Positions 29,688-39,584 are shown, numbered from the stretch's first letter. The stretch is DNA of 64,000 bases from Candidatus Omnitrophota bacterium (GCA_050250375.1 JBFWOS010000003.1:739359-803358); one strand, 5' to 3'. Translations and numbers: made by a program. Notes: generated by a model from the sequence alone, not told the origin.

Positions 29688-31853
29688 TTATAATTTGGGG
29701 CTATTAAACGCAGACTTGTCGAATTTAATCCCCCTTGTTACGAAGTCATCATAACACTTAGGAATATAACCTGTCGCCTCAAAATCACCTATAATTTTAC
29801 CGTCAGAATCCAAACCTTTTTGCTTAAAAATAAAAACGTCTTGTAATTTCAACTGAAAATCATCGCTTAACCCCAAGGTTTCGCTGATTCCTGTGATCTT
29901 TCTAGAACCATCAGAATAACGATTGATATGTACAATAACTTGAACCGCAGAGGAAATCATTTCATTAATTGCTCTTACTGGCAATTCAATCCCGCTTAAT
30001 AAAATCATTGAATGCATCCGGGTAAGAACATCTCTGGTTGAATTAGCATGAAGCGTTGTCATAGAGCCATCATGCCCCGTGTTCATGGCCTGAAGCATAT
30101 CCAAAACCTCCGCTCCGCGGCACTCTCCAACGACTATTCGATCCGGCCGCATTCTCAGACAATTTATGAACAAATCCCTAATAGTAACCTGCCCTTTCCC
30201 CTCAACGTTTGAAGGACGAGACTCTAACCTTCCCCAATGACTCTTTTTTAGCTTTAACTCGGCAGCATCTTCTATCGTTATAATTCTTTCATCATCTGGA
30301 ATAAACTCCGAAACAACATTTAATAGGGTCGTTTTTCCTGCCCCTGTACCGCCCGACACAATTATATTTTTTCTAGATATTACACTAGCTTGTAAAAATT
30401 CCGCCATTGGTTTAGTCAGACTATGGTATTTGTTTATAAGATCTGATGCTTCCAACCTTTCTTGGCCAAACTTTCGAATGGTGATCATCGGCCCCGCAAG
30501 AGAAAGCGGAGGAATTATCGCATTAATACGCGAACCATCTTGTAATCGCGCATCAACCATTGGAGTAGATTCATCAATCCGGCGGCCAAGTGGAGCGACA
30601 ATACGATCTATGATGGATCGCATTTTCTCATTTGAAACAAATTTTTTATTAGTAAAAATCAATTTTCCATTCTTTTCTACATATATCTCATCCTTATTAT
30701 TTGCCATAATATCCGTAACATCCGGATCTGCCAAAAAATCCTCCAACGGACCCAACCCCAACGCTTCATTGACAATATCGCGCACTATTCTAGTTCGATC
30801 CTCTTGGTTTGTAATTTTTCCTCCCGCTTCATCCAATAAAAGTGTTAATACAACCTGTTCGGCGCTTTTTTTAATCCTTTCAGCCGATTCAGGGTCGGCC
30901 AAAGCATCTGTAGAAATCCCGTCTAAATTCAACCGTTCCACTAATTTTTCATGTATTCGTTTTTTTAAAATAATCGTTTCATCTTCTTCAGACACATATT
31001 GATTAACTGAGGAACCCCATGTGTGTTGAGAAACACCAAATTTTTTCCAGAAAGATCCTGGTGAAAATATTCCTTCCATGGATCGCGCTTTGCCTATATC
31101 GCCTGTTTGTATATAGATCGAATCTTTTTTAAGGGCTACCGCGATTTTAAAAAACGCATCTGAAACAGGGCTTTTAGGATTATCCAGTACACATGGAATG
31201 CCACTATTTAATGCCATTCCAACCGTTTTTCCATCTGACGGAACATGACCAAATATTTCGACTTGTATGGCTGATCTTATTTCTTGCCAAGCAACACTTC
31301 CTCGGCTTTCGGAACGATTAAGAATTAATTTAATCATTGTAAGGGGATAATGCAGGCTCTGAAAAATTTCCAAACACCATTTTATCTGATAAACGGATAA
31401 AATATCCGGAGTTCCAACCAATAAAATCAAATTAGTAAAATCGAGTGCAGAAATAAGAATTTCACTAAACGACCGTCCAGCATCAATAATGATATATTCA
31501 TATCGATCTTTCGCAACTTGTAGAAAAGGCTTTATGTTGTCCGGAGTTATATAACCAATTTGTTTATTATTCTTTACGGCGGGAATGAAGTGGAGACCAC
31601 ATTGATGCTTGGTGGCATGTTGTTCTATTTCTAAAGCTTCTCCCCCTTGTTGTAAAAGAGGAATAATATCGACGATCGAATTTCGAATGGTCAAATTCAA
31701 CATGCGGGACATATCTTGACCCGCTTGAAAATCCAGATCAATCAATAATACTTTGTTATCAGATTTGCTTAGAGCGGCGGCAAGATTAACGGCGGCTAAT
31801 GTTTTTCCTACTCCTCCCTTACTGCTAAATATCGTAATAACTTTACAGTCCAT
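29688..31853 (-). CDS. Fused CpaE/TadZ-like ParA/MinD-type ATPase (N-terminal) plus CpaF/TadA secretion ATPase (C-terminal)
   Basis: N-term VITIFSSKGGVGKTLAAVNLAAAL is a deviant Walker A of MinD/ParA/CpaE type. C-terminal half has the VirB11/CpaF Walker A IIVSGGTGAGKTTLLN plus Asp/His boxes. 721 aa in one frame. Confidence 0.7.
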   Translation of the reverse strand: MDCKVITIFSSKGGVGKTLAAVNLAAALSKSDNKVLLIDLDFQAGQDMSRMLNLTIRNSIVDIIPLLQQGGEALEIEQHATKHQCGLHFIPAVKNNKQIGYITPDNIKPFLQVAKDRYEYIIIDAGRSFSEILISALDFTNLILLVGTPDILSVYQIKWCLEIFQSLHYPLTMIKLILNRSESRGSVAWQEIRSAIQVEIFGHVPSDGKTVGMALNSGIPCVLDNPKSPVSDAFFKIAVALKKDSIYIQTGDIGKARSMEGIFSPGSFWKKFGVSQHTWGSSVNQYVSEEDETIILKKRIHEKLVERLNLDGISTDALADPESAERIKKSAEQVVLTLLLDEAGGKITNQEDRTRIVRDIVNEALGLGPLEDFLADPDVTDIMANNKDEIYVEKNGKLIFTNKKFVSNEKMRSIIDRIVAPLGRRIDESTPMVDARLQDGSRINAIIPPLSLAGPMITIRKFGQERLEASDLINKYHSLTKPMAEFLQASVISRKNIIVSGGTGAGKTTLLNVVSEFIPDDERIITIEDAAELKLKKSHWGRLESRPSNVEGKGQVTIRDLFINCLRMRPDRIVVGECRGAEVLDMLQAMNTGHDGSMTTLHANSTRDVLTRMHSMILLSGIELPVRAINEMISSAVQVIVHINRYSDGSRKITGISETLGLSDDFQLKLQDVFIFKQKGLDSDGKIIGDFEATGYIPKCYDDFVTRGIKFDKSAFNSPKL

Positions 31854-31913
31854 ACCTTACTTTCAAAAATAAACAATTGAATTAAAATATTGAAAAGGTA
31901 TTATATCCCGCTG

Positions 31914-33590
31914 TTAGTTTCTTTGCAAACTATAAACAATTGGAATTGTAATATTTAATTCCTGCAGGTCGGTATCCGTAGGAAAACCTTCGTAAGGCGC
32001 ACTATTTTTCGCTGTATTTAGTGCGTAATCGTCAAAAATTTCATGTCCAGAGGATTCTTTGACTAAAGCATACGCCAAAGTTCCATCATTAAGAATGTGC
32101 AACCCTAACTTTACTGTTCCTTCCCAACCATACTCTTTAGCCTCGCTCGGATAAACCACCTGCTGTGAAATTTTCTTTTGAACTGCCCGCACATAATCCT
32201 TCATTTCATCCGGAATCATAATCGCCGTTTGTGCAGCCGGTTTATCTTGTGATAAAACTCTTGATGTCCTTGGGATCGAAGTTTGTTCTTTTTGTGTTTT
32301 TTCTTTGGCTGTCAATGGATTTAACCCTGTATCAATTCTATGCGGAGTCATTGAAATGACAACTTCCGTGTCTTGATCAGGAGTTGGGTTTGATCTTGAT
32401 CTAAACACTAATCCTAATATGGGAATGTTTCCAAGATAAGGAACCTTTTTGATAAGCTCCCCATGGCGTTGTTGAATTAATCCAGCAAGAACTATCGTTT
32501 GCCCGTCATCCAAAAACAACTGCGTGCTTGCGCTTCGAGTAACAAAAGCCACATCATCGCCAACTGCATTAGATGCGTCAACATCACTAATCTCTAAATT
32601 CATGAGTACATCTATTTTATTTTTTCGAATTGTCGGAGTAATAGTCATCCCAACCCCATATTCTTTAAATTCCACATTTTCCTGTGTGGAAGTACCCGAA
32701 GATGTTGTTGTTCTAATAGGAATTTCGCCACCCACTAAGAAGCTGGCCTCTTCTCCGCTTAGAACTACAAGCTTGGGTTGAGAAAGTACGCGCCCCATCC
32801 CTTCTTCAAGCAGCGCATTGACAGTTGCAATTAATGCAGAAGTTCGGCGAAAATCACCAATTTTAAAAAAATCTCCGATCGAACCATCAAAATCTGGAAG
32901 GTCTTCCCCATAATCAATATTTATTCCAGCGCCACTTCCTGTGTCCCCCTGCCCTCCAGCAGAAGCCCAGTCAATCCCCATACTTTTGGTCAAAGTCGTA
33001 TTTAGTTCTGTAATCTGCACATCTATTTGAATTAAATCTTCAATGTCTTGCTGTTCAACTAGACTGATTATATGGTCATCAAAATTTATGACAATATCCT
33101 CAAATATAGGTTCTTTATACTCGGGAACCGTGCCAGTAAGCACGACCCTTCCTTCATTCTTATTCACGGTTAAATACACATGATACAGTTCTGCATCATT
33201 AAGAAGCTTTTGAATCCTATTTTTAATAACATTTAATTCGGCCCCGGAAACATTAATCATGATAACACGCTTTCCATGTTCATCCCAAATAAAGAGCGGG
33301 GTTTGCCCTACATTTTTAGCAATAAGAAGAACCTCTTGGTCATCGGCATCAACAACATCAGCAATTTCAGGATCCGTCATAGAAAGACGCGTTAACGAAT
33401 AGACTTTCAGTTGGGTTAACTCACCCAACACCATATTAACTTCATCAATATAAATGGTGTCTATCACTTCTTCCGACGAATTAGATGTTTTAGCAAAAGA
33501 TTTTTGTGGAGCCCACGTGCAAACACCTATTACGATTATCACAAATGAAAGAAATAAATTTTTCTTGAAGCAACTCATCGTTGTTTTCAT
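31914..33590 (-). CDS. CpaC/RcpA-type secretin with a C-terminal TonB_C-like domain
   Basis: Signal peptide; secretin core (…VPYLGNIPILGLVFRSRS…). C-terminal 90 aa is QQVVYPSEAKEYGWEGTVKLGLHILNDGTLAYALVKESSGHEIFDDYALNTAKNSAPYEGFP, the TonB C-terminal fold pattern (YP..A...G.EG.V.V.F.I..DG.V…SSG). Confidence 0.65.
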   Translation of the reverse strand: MKTTMSCFKKNLFLSFVIIVIGVCTWAPQKSFAKTSNSSEEVIDTIYIDEVNMVLGELTQLKVYSLTRLSMTDPEIADVVDADDQEVLLIAKNVGQTPLFIWDEHGKRVIMINVSGAELNVIKNRIQKLLNDAELYHVYLTVNKNEGRVVLTGTVPEYKEPIFEDIVINFDDHIISLVEQQDIEDLIQIDVQITELNTTLTKSMGIDWASAGGQGDTGSGAGINIDYGEDLPDFDGSIGDFFKIGDFRRTSALIATVNALLEEGMGRVLSQPKLVVLSGEEASFLVGGEIPIRTTTSSGTSTQENVEFKEYGVGMTITPTIRKNKIDVLMNLEISDVDASNAVGDDVAFVTRSASTQLFLDDGQTIVLAGLIQQRHGELIKKVPYLGNIPILGLVFRSRSNPTPDQDTEVVISMTPHRIDTGLNPLTAKEKTQKEQTSIPRTSRVLSQDKPAAQTAIMIPDEMKDYVRAVQKKISQQVVYPSEAKEYGWEGTVKLGLHILNDGTLAYALVKESSGHEIFDDYALNTAKNSAPYEGFPTDTDLQELNITIPIVYSLQRN

Positions 33591-33592
33591 AT

Positions 33593-34474
33593 TTATAGCT
33601 CCCTACCTCCCCGAAAGATTTCAACAAAAGGCGCGTCATCTGCTTCAACCTCTTCGGTTTCAACAACTTCATTTTGTTTTTGTTGTTTTTTTGCTTTAGG
33701 TAAATTTAATTCTGTTCCTTGCTTATCCAAAACATAATCCGATAAAGAGTCCCAGGCCGCAACTTGTAGTGCTTTTGTATCTTTCTCGGCAGGAGATCGT
33801 AAGGCTAATTTCAACTGTCCGTATTTTTGAGCAAATGTAATAAGACCAACTTCTTCCGGGGCAATCGCCAAAGTAATATCCAAGGAACGGGACTTTTGTT
33901 GCTGTTGATAAATAAGAGCACTTCCTACTGGTTTAAAATTAGAATTAACAGCTAATACCTGTATGTTTTGGAACAATACAGAGGTTACCTGCATAGGCTT
34001 TTCTTTTGGGTCTTGCGGATAAGGCACTTCAAGATCCGCAAGTATATCGACAAAATCTCCGGGATTAATCAATCCACCGACAGCTGATAATGCATCAATC
34101 ATAATCGTCATAGCGCGTTTTCCTGGGGGAGTAATCGAAGCAAATACCGTACTATCAACTATTTGTGTAGGAACGCCTGTTGTTGATTTAACTGCTCCGC
34201 CTTTGGGCAGATTTGCTAGTTGTTGCGCTAAAGCTTGTTGCTGCTGTTGCGCCATAGTCTGCATTTGTTTTTGTAACTCCCTATTCTTTATTTCCATTTC
34301 CTTTCTAAGCGCCGCCGTTTGAGCTGCGGCCTTTTTTTCATAATCTAAGGCCAAAGCTTTTGTTTGTGATTCAATACTGGTCTTAACATATTGGCTCATT
34401 AAGAATGCCGCCACGAGCCCCAACCCAACAGCTAAAAGAATAGTGGCAAATTGTTTTTTATTCTCAATATTCAT
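33593..34474 (-). CDS. cpaB: CpaB/RcpC-like Flp pilus assembly protein with Gln-rich coiled-coil insert
   Basis: N-terminal TM anchor, Q-rich coiled-coil, then SAF-like region; position next to the secretin. Confidence 0.55.
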   Translation of the reverse strand: MNIENKKQFATILLAVGLGLVAAFLMSQYVKTSIESQTKALALDYEKKAAAQTAALRKEMEIKNRELQKQMQTMAQQQQQALAQQLANLPKGGAVKSTTGVPTQIVDSTVFASITPPGKRAMTIMIDALSAVGGLINPGDFVDILADLEVPYPQDPKEKPMQVTSVLFQNIQVLAVNSNFKPVGSALIYQQQQKSRSLDITLAIAPEEVGLITFAQKYGQLKLALRSPAEKDTKALQVAAWDSLSDYVLDKQGTELNLPKAKKQQKQNEVVETEEVEADDAPFVEIFRGGREL

Positions 34475-34489
34475 AATTTCTCACCTCAA

Positions 34490-35440
34490 TTAATTTAATA
34501 ATTCTTCTCTAACCTCAACGGGTATTTGTTTACGAATCTGGTCAATATGCCCCAATATCGCTTCCTGCTGTTTTAATAAAGTCTGCGATTGAATAATTTC
34601 ATTTTTAATTTCATCAAAAGGAATAACCTGCCCATCCTTAATTTCCTCTAACTTTATCACATAGAACCCATTTGGCCCTTTAAATACATTACTTGTTTCT
34701 CCTGCTTTAAGTGCCAAAATTTCAGTTGCCATTTCTGGAAAAGGTTCCTGGGTAATGTATCCCAAATCTCCCCCTTTTGAAGCTGAGGTGCTAATGGAGT
34801 TAAGTTTTGCTAATTCAGAAAAATCGGACCCCTTAAGAACTTCCACCAATATTTCATTTGCCTTAATTTGATCTTTTAGAACAATTTCCCTTACCCTGTA
34901 TTGTGGAGGATCAACCAACTGATCCTTTTTCTCAATATAAAAATTCTGAGCGTCTTGATCTGTCACAACTATTTTCTCAACAAGATTTTTCGCAGCCTCT
35001 CTAACGATTAGGGTTCGTCTAAACTCCTCAACAGCGGCTAAAATGTCTTTATTTTTATCCAAACCGGTCTTTTCGGCTTCTTCAACTAATAATTGTTGAC
35101 GTACAAGCTCATCCAAAACTAACTTTTTTGCATCAATATTTGTAATATCAAATTCAGGGATAACTTCCTTTAAGGCCGATAGCCGTTCATTAAATTCCTC
35201 AATTGTTATTGTCCATCCACCTACCCGAGCTAATTCGTTTCCTGAAAGTGGCTTAGCTTGTGTTGACACTGATGTTTTCGGCGTTTGTTGTGAAGTTGTC
35301 TGAGATGCTTCCTTGGGAACGGCTGATTGCTTTTTGTCATTATCTAAATCACTCTTCTTGGAAGGCGTCATATCACATCCGGAAATACTTAAAACTACAA
35401 GACTGAATAAAACAAAATTTTGACATGAACTGGATTTCAA
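34490..35440 (-). CDS. PpiC-type peptidyl-prolyl cis-trans isomerase (SurA/PrsA-like) lipoprotein
   Basis: Lipobox SISGC. C-terminal parvulin-like block (…SKGGDLGYITQEPFPEMATEILALKAGETSNVFKGPNGFYVIKLEEI…). Confidence 0.55.
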   Translation of the reverse strand: MKSSSCQNFVLFSLVVLSISGCDMTPSKKSDLDNDKKQSAVPKEASQTTSQQTPKTSVSTQAKPLSGNELARVGGWTITIEEFNERLSALKEVIPEFDITNIDAKKLVLDELVRQQLLVEEAEKTGLDKNKDILAAVEEFRRTLIVREAAKNLVEKIVVTDQDAQNFYIEKKDQLVDPPQYRVREIVLKDQIKANEILVEVLKGSDFSELAKLNSISTSASKGGDLGYITQEPFPEMATEILALKAGETSNVFKGPNGFYVIKLEEIKDGQVIPFDEIKNEIIQSQTLLKQQEAILGHIDQIRKQIPVEVREELLN

Positions 35441-35679
35441 TGGTATCTCCTAACTATTAATTTAAATTTAGGTTCACTAAGTATATCCTTTAACCTTCGA
35501 ACTGACAAGGCATTTAAAGCACAAGAGTAAAGAAAAACAAAATATTACAGTTTTTTCACAACATTTTCTTTTACTTGCCTAATTATTGGGCAACATTAAC
35601 AATGATATCATATAAACTCACTGAATCAAATTTTTTTTGTTTTTTTTTAACTTGTTTCAAATATTATAGTTATGCATGA

Positions 35680-36675
35680 TTAAACCATGCTTTTTACGGC
35701 ATCTTTTTCTTCCTGCAGTTCCTTATAGGTAATATTAATTTTATCTTGTGCAAATTCATTATGTTGAATTCCCTGAACAATTTTCCATTTTTCCCCATCT
35801 GATTGAATGGGAAACCCAAAAATAAGTCCCTTTTCAATTTCATAGCTTCCATCAGAACTTACAGCGACGGAAAAAAATTGATTTTGTGGAGTGGGCGTGA
35901 TTAGATTTTTTACAGTATCAACCACAGCATTGGCGGCCGACGCCGCTGAAGACATACCCCTTGTTTTAATAATTTCAGCTCCCCGCTTCTGAATCGTTTC
36001 TATAAATGTTGACTTTAACCAACTTTCATCAGTTATAACTTCCGGTATAGCCCGTTTATTGATTGAACCATGATAAAAATCTGGAAATTGTGTCGAAGAA
36101 TGATTTCCCCAAACAGCAATATTTTCAATATTACCTACATCTGTACACGCTTTTTTAGCAATTTGAGCAAATGCTCTATTCTGATCCAACATTGTCATGG
36201 CAAAAAAATTTTCGCTTGGCAAATTAGGGCAAAATTTTTTAGCTATATAAGCATTTGTATTACAAGGATTTCCAACGACAAGAACTTTGCAATTCTTATT
36301 GGCGTGATCGGAAATAGCTTTGCCCTGAATGGTGAATATCTCTCCATTAATCCTCAGTAAATCGCTTCTTTCCATTCCAGCCTTTCTAGGTACACTTCCG
36401 ATCAGCAAAGTCCAATCAGCATCTTTAAAAGCGACATTGGGATCCGATGTTTGAATTATTGATTTTAGTAGTGGAAACGCGCAATCTTCCAACTCCATGC
36501 ATACACCTTTTAAGGCCGGCAATGCGACTTCCAACTCCAATAAATTTAAATGAATATTCGTAGTTTTCCCAAACATTTGTCCTGAAGCAATGCGAAATAA
36601 TACCGCATAACCAATTTGACCCGCCGCCCCTGTGACGGCAACACGTACAGTTTTATTTGACATAGTTTCTCCCAA
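35680..36675 (-). CDS. mdh: Malate dehydrogenase (NAD-dependent, LDH-like MDH family)
   Basis: [29 protein letters not shown] Rossmann N-term; overall MDH-like sequence. Confidence 0.75.
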   Translation of the reverse strand: MGETMSNKTVRVAVTGAAGQIGYAVLFRIASGQMFGKTTNIHLNLLELEVALPALKGVCMELEDCAFPLLKSIIQTSDPNVAFKDADWTLLIGSVPRKAGMERSDLLRINGEIFTIQGKAISDHANKNCKVLVVGNPCNTNAYIAKKFCPNLPSENFFAMTMLDQNRAFAQIAKKACTDVGNIENIAVWGNHSSTQFPDFYHGSINKRAIPEVITDESWLKSTFIETIQKRGAEIIKTRGMSSAASAANAVVDTVKNLITPTPQNQFFSVAVSSDGSYEIEKGLIFGFPIQSDGEKWKIVQGIQHNEFAQDKINITYKELQEEKDAVKSMV

Positions 36676-36712
36676 TATCCTTTAAGATAATTGTATTTCT
36701 AGATTTTATTTA

Positions 36713-36931
36713 TTAATTAATGGTACCAATATCATTGAAGATATCCGTGGCGGTTAGATTCATTGATGTAATAGTTAATTCAACAGCTTGATTGACAGAT
36801 GTGGCAAACATTCCACCAGGGCGAGTAAAAATAACAATCACAGCAAGAACAGCTCCCATCATCATCAAATATTCAGCTAAACTCTGGGCAGTTTCGCATG
36901 AATTTTGTTTTTGATTGCGTTTTAACATCAT
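36713..36931 (-). CDS. Solitary Flp-family pilin (72 aa), outside the main Tad locus
   Basis: MMLKRNQKQNSCETAQSLAEYLMMMGAVLAVIVIFTRPGG: A/QSLAEY motif plus TM helix; shares TRPGG with the 26692 paralog (FLGPGG). Confidence 0.6.
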   Translation of the reverse strand: MMLKRNQKQNSCETAQSLAEYLMMMGAVLAVIVIFTRPGGMFATSVNQAVELTITSMNLTATDIFNDIGTIN

Positions 36932-36954
36932 CTTCTCCTATACATCCTGATTCG

Positions 36955-37746
36955 TTAGTCAATCAATAACGTTTGTCGTTTTTTTTTGATGGTTTTCATA
37001 TCAAGTGTAGCATAAATTATTTCTTCGCGATCAGCTGTAGCTTCTTTCAATATCTTCCCCCATGGATCAACAATCAAACTGTGTCCGTAATATTCAATTC
37101 CTTTTGCATCCCGCCCGATTTGGTTTGGCGCAAGAACATAACTCAAATTTTCAATGGCCCTAGCTCTAAGCAGAATTTCCCAATGGGCTTTACCTGTAAT
37201 TTTTGTAAAAGCCGATGGTACACATAAAATATGAACACCCTGCTTATAGTAACCTTTATAAAGTCCCGAAAATCTCAGATCAAAACAAATCGATAGTCCG
37301 ATCTTAAATTTTCCGATTCTCGCGACCACTGGATCTTTTCCACTTAAAAATTGCTGAGATTCGCTAACCTTTTTATTACCAATTATAGCCTCAAATAGAT
37401 TCATCTTTCGGTATTTAGCTATAATTTTCCCTTTATTATTAATTAATACTGAGGAATTATAAGCTTTCTTTTCGTTCTTACTTTTCTCAAATATTGATCC
37501 TATTAAGATATTCGTTGAATACTTTTTAGCTAATTCGGAAAAAATCGCTGTCGTATCTCCTGGTATATTTTCAAATACTTCGATTCTGGTATCTTTTTCA
37601 TTCAACTTCCCCCGGTACACAAACACCTCTGGCAATAAAATAAATTCAGCTTTAGCTTTGGCCGCTTTCTCAACAAAAAAAACAGCTTTTTTTATGTTTT
37701 CGCTTTTATGGTTTGTCGCATTTAGCTGAATTACAGCTGTTTTCAT
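36955..37746 (-). CDS. Carbon-nitrogen hydrolase (nitrilase superfamily)
   Basis: …ILLPEVFVYRGK…KIGLSICFDLRFSGLYK… (catalytic Cys context). Confidence 0.65.
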   Translation of the reverse strand: MKTAVIQLNATNHKSENIKKAVFFVEKAAKAKAEFILLPEVFVYRGKLNEKDTRIEVFENIPGDTTAIFSELAKKYSTNILIGSIFEKSKNEKKAYNSSVLINNKGKIIAKYRKMNLFEAIIGNKKVSESQQFLSGKDPVVARIGKFKIGLSICFDLRFSGLYKGYYKQGVHILCVPSAFTKITGKAHWEILLRARAIENLSYVLAPNQIGRDAKGIEYYGHSLIVDPWGKILKEATADREEIIYATLDMKTIKKKRQTLLID

Positions 37747-37842
37747 TGGATTGAAATAATTTAGTAATCTCTATTGGTCACGCTGTGACCAAATTCAGTG
37801 TATAGTTATTCTAAGTTCTAACAAAAAAAAACGCAACGGCTA

Positions 37843-38811
37843 TTATTGGACTAGAATTGGATGTGGAAAGTTTCCTGTATTAAAAAAGCATTCCAACGAA
37901 TCAATGGTAATTCTTGCCTTTTGAAAAATTGCTTCTTCTGTGTTAAATGCATTGTGCGGCGTACATAAAACATTTTCTCTGTTGGAAAAATCAATTACCT
38001 TTTTCGCATATCCACGGCCCGATCCCCCGCCCCTTAAATCCTCAGCCAAAACATTCTCATCCTGATAGACGTCCAAACTAACCCCCGCCAAAATATTTTC
38101 ATTCAAAAGTTTAACCAAATCCTCAAAAGGCGAGATCTCTCCACGTGATATATTAATAAAAATCACCCCTTTTTTAACATCTTTTAACACCTCATAATTA
38201 AAATATCCCCGTGTTTCATCGGTTAACGGTAACGCACAAAAAATTATTTCTGCCCATTGCATTCCTTCAATCAAACTTACATAATTGATATCACCACGTT
38301 TTGGAAAAATATCAATTCCTCTCACCTCCATGTTCAAGGCCTTTGTCAGATCGATAATTTGTGAACCAATTTCTCCAACCCCCGCAACAAGAACTTTTCG
38401 TCCAAAGAATTCTATCCCTGTTAATCCATCCCTATTAAATGTGGCAAAATGTTTTATTTGCCTCTTTAATTTCTTTGCTAAAACGAACATACTTAAAATC
38501 GCATGTTCAGCCACAGCTCGACTACAATAGGCTCCTAAAAAACCAAGTTTAGGTGGTTTTGATATCATTTTAAACATTCTTATCAAATGGTCATATCCTT
38601 GACTTCGAGTGAGCACGGCTTCTATACGGCCATAACACTCCTTAGGTATTATGGATTGTGTTCTTATGCACAATACTCGACCCGATGGGATATTTTCCAG
38701 GCTTTCTTGAATAGTTTCCGGAAAATACAGAGCATTTAAAGACTCCGGCAGACGTTCTTTCAGGGCTTTCTGTTCTTCATGAAACGCTTCGTAAAATACA
38801 ATGTCATACAT
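37843..38811 (-). CDS. D-isomer-specific 2-hydroxyacid dehydrogenase family protein
   Basis: NAD-binding KVLVAGVGEIGSQIIDLTKALNMEVRGIDIF; catalytic-domain pattern. Confidence 0.65.
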   Translation of the reverse strand: MYDIVFYEAFHEEQKALKERLPESLNALYFPETIQESLENIPSGRVLCIRTQSIIPKECYGRIEAVLTRSQGYDHLIRMFKMISKPPKLGFLGAYCSRAVAEHAILSMFVLAKKLKRQIKHFATFNRDGLTGIEFFGRKVLVAGVGEIGSQIIDLTKALNMEVRGIDIFPKRGDINYVSLIEGMQWAEIIFCALPLTDETRGYFNYEVLKDVKKGVIFINISRGEISPFEDLVKLLNENILAGVSLDVYQDENVLAEDLRGGGSGRGYAKKVIDFSNRENVLCTPHNAFNTEEAIFQKARITIDSLECFFNTGNFPHPILVQ

Positions 38812-38853
38812 TTTATTGAGTTTTCTTATAATTAGATTTGAATCCCAATTCGA

Positions 38854-39369
38854 TTATTTAATTGGGCGTATCCAAATTTTAAAATGTTCAGCCGGAAAAA
38901 TATATGTCCAAAATCGTTCGTAGGTCACTGGACAAAAATTAAAAATTTTATTAAGAAAAAATCTTCGATGGGCTCGATGAAAAGTCAACTCTCTTTTAAT
39001 CAGTTCAAACTTTTTTCCTTTTAACCAGGTATGTTCATTCTGAATATAATCGTCGAATCCGAAATAATTAAACCGCAGCTTATGGTGAGGGGTATTAGCG
39101 CACCATGAAGAGTGGTGTGGAACTTCTATATATATTGTTCCTTGTTTTTTACAAATCCTATGCAATTCGGACATAACCGGAGGAAGATCCGTTAAATGCT
39201 CTAAAACATGATGGCAGGTGATATCTTGAAATTGATTGTCGTCAAAGGGATAAGGAAGGATATTCAAATCATGGATTACATCCGGATTGTGCTCCGGATC
39301 AATGTCCACAGTAATGGCGGTCTCATCATTTTTACCAGCGCTTCCAAGAATAAGTTTGTGTTTTTTCAT
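38854..39369 (-). CDS. Class I SAM-dependent methyltransferase (Methyltransf_11-like)
   Basis: …ITCHHVLEHLTDLPPVMSELHRICKKQGTIYIEVPH…. Confidence 0.55.
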   Translation of the reverse strand: MKKHKLILGSAGKNDETAITVDIDPEHNPDVIHDLNILPYPFDDNQFQDITCHHVLEHLTDLPPVMSELHRICKKQGTIYIEVPHHSSWCANTPHHKLRFNYFGFDDYIQNEHTWLKGKKFELIKRELTFHRAHRRFFLNKIFNFCPVTYERFWTYIFPAEHFKIWIRPIK

Positions 39370-39470
39370 TTGTACAGGTCATTCCATAACAAATATGAAT
39401 TGAGTACTTTGAATATTTAAGATTTTTAGGCGCCTTGTGTCTCCAAATATTTTATCCGTGTCAGCCTAAA

Positions 39471-39498
39471 CATAAAAAGACCACCTAAAAGGTGGTCT
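39471..39498 (-). terminator. Intrinsic terminator downstream of tRNA-Glu
   Basis: agaccacc-taaaa-ggtggtct perfect 8-bp hairpin followed on the minus strand by TTTTAT. Confidence 0.6.
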
Positions 39499-39506
39499 TT
39501 CAAAAA

Positions 39507-39584
39507 TGGTGACCCCAGCGGGATTTGAACCCGCGCTGCAAGCTTGAAAAGCTTGTGTCCTAACCAGGCTAGACGATGGGGTCA
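39507..39584 (-). tRNA. tRNA-Glu (anticodon UUC), CCA encoded
   Basis: Reverse complement folds as a cloverleaf: acceptor TGACCCC/GGGGTCA, anticodon arm CAAGC-TTTTCAA-GCTTG (TTC), T-arm GCGGG-TTCAAAT-CCCGC. Close to E. coli tRNA-Glu. Confidence 0.85.

Noticed and set aside
30430-31002. 190-aa plus-strand ORF
   Set aside because: Antisense to the CpaE-CpaF fusion gene; Ser/Ile-rich junk composition.
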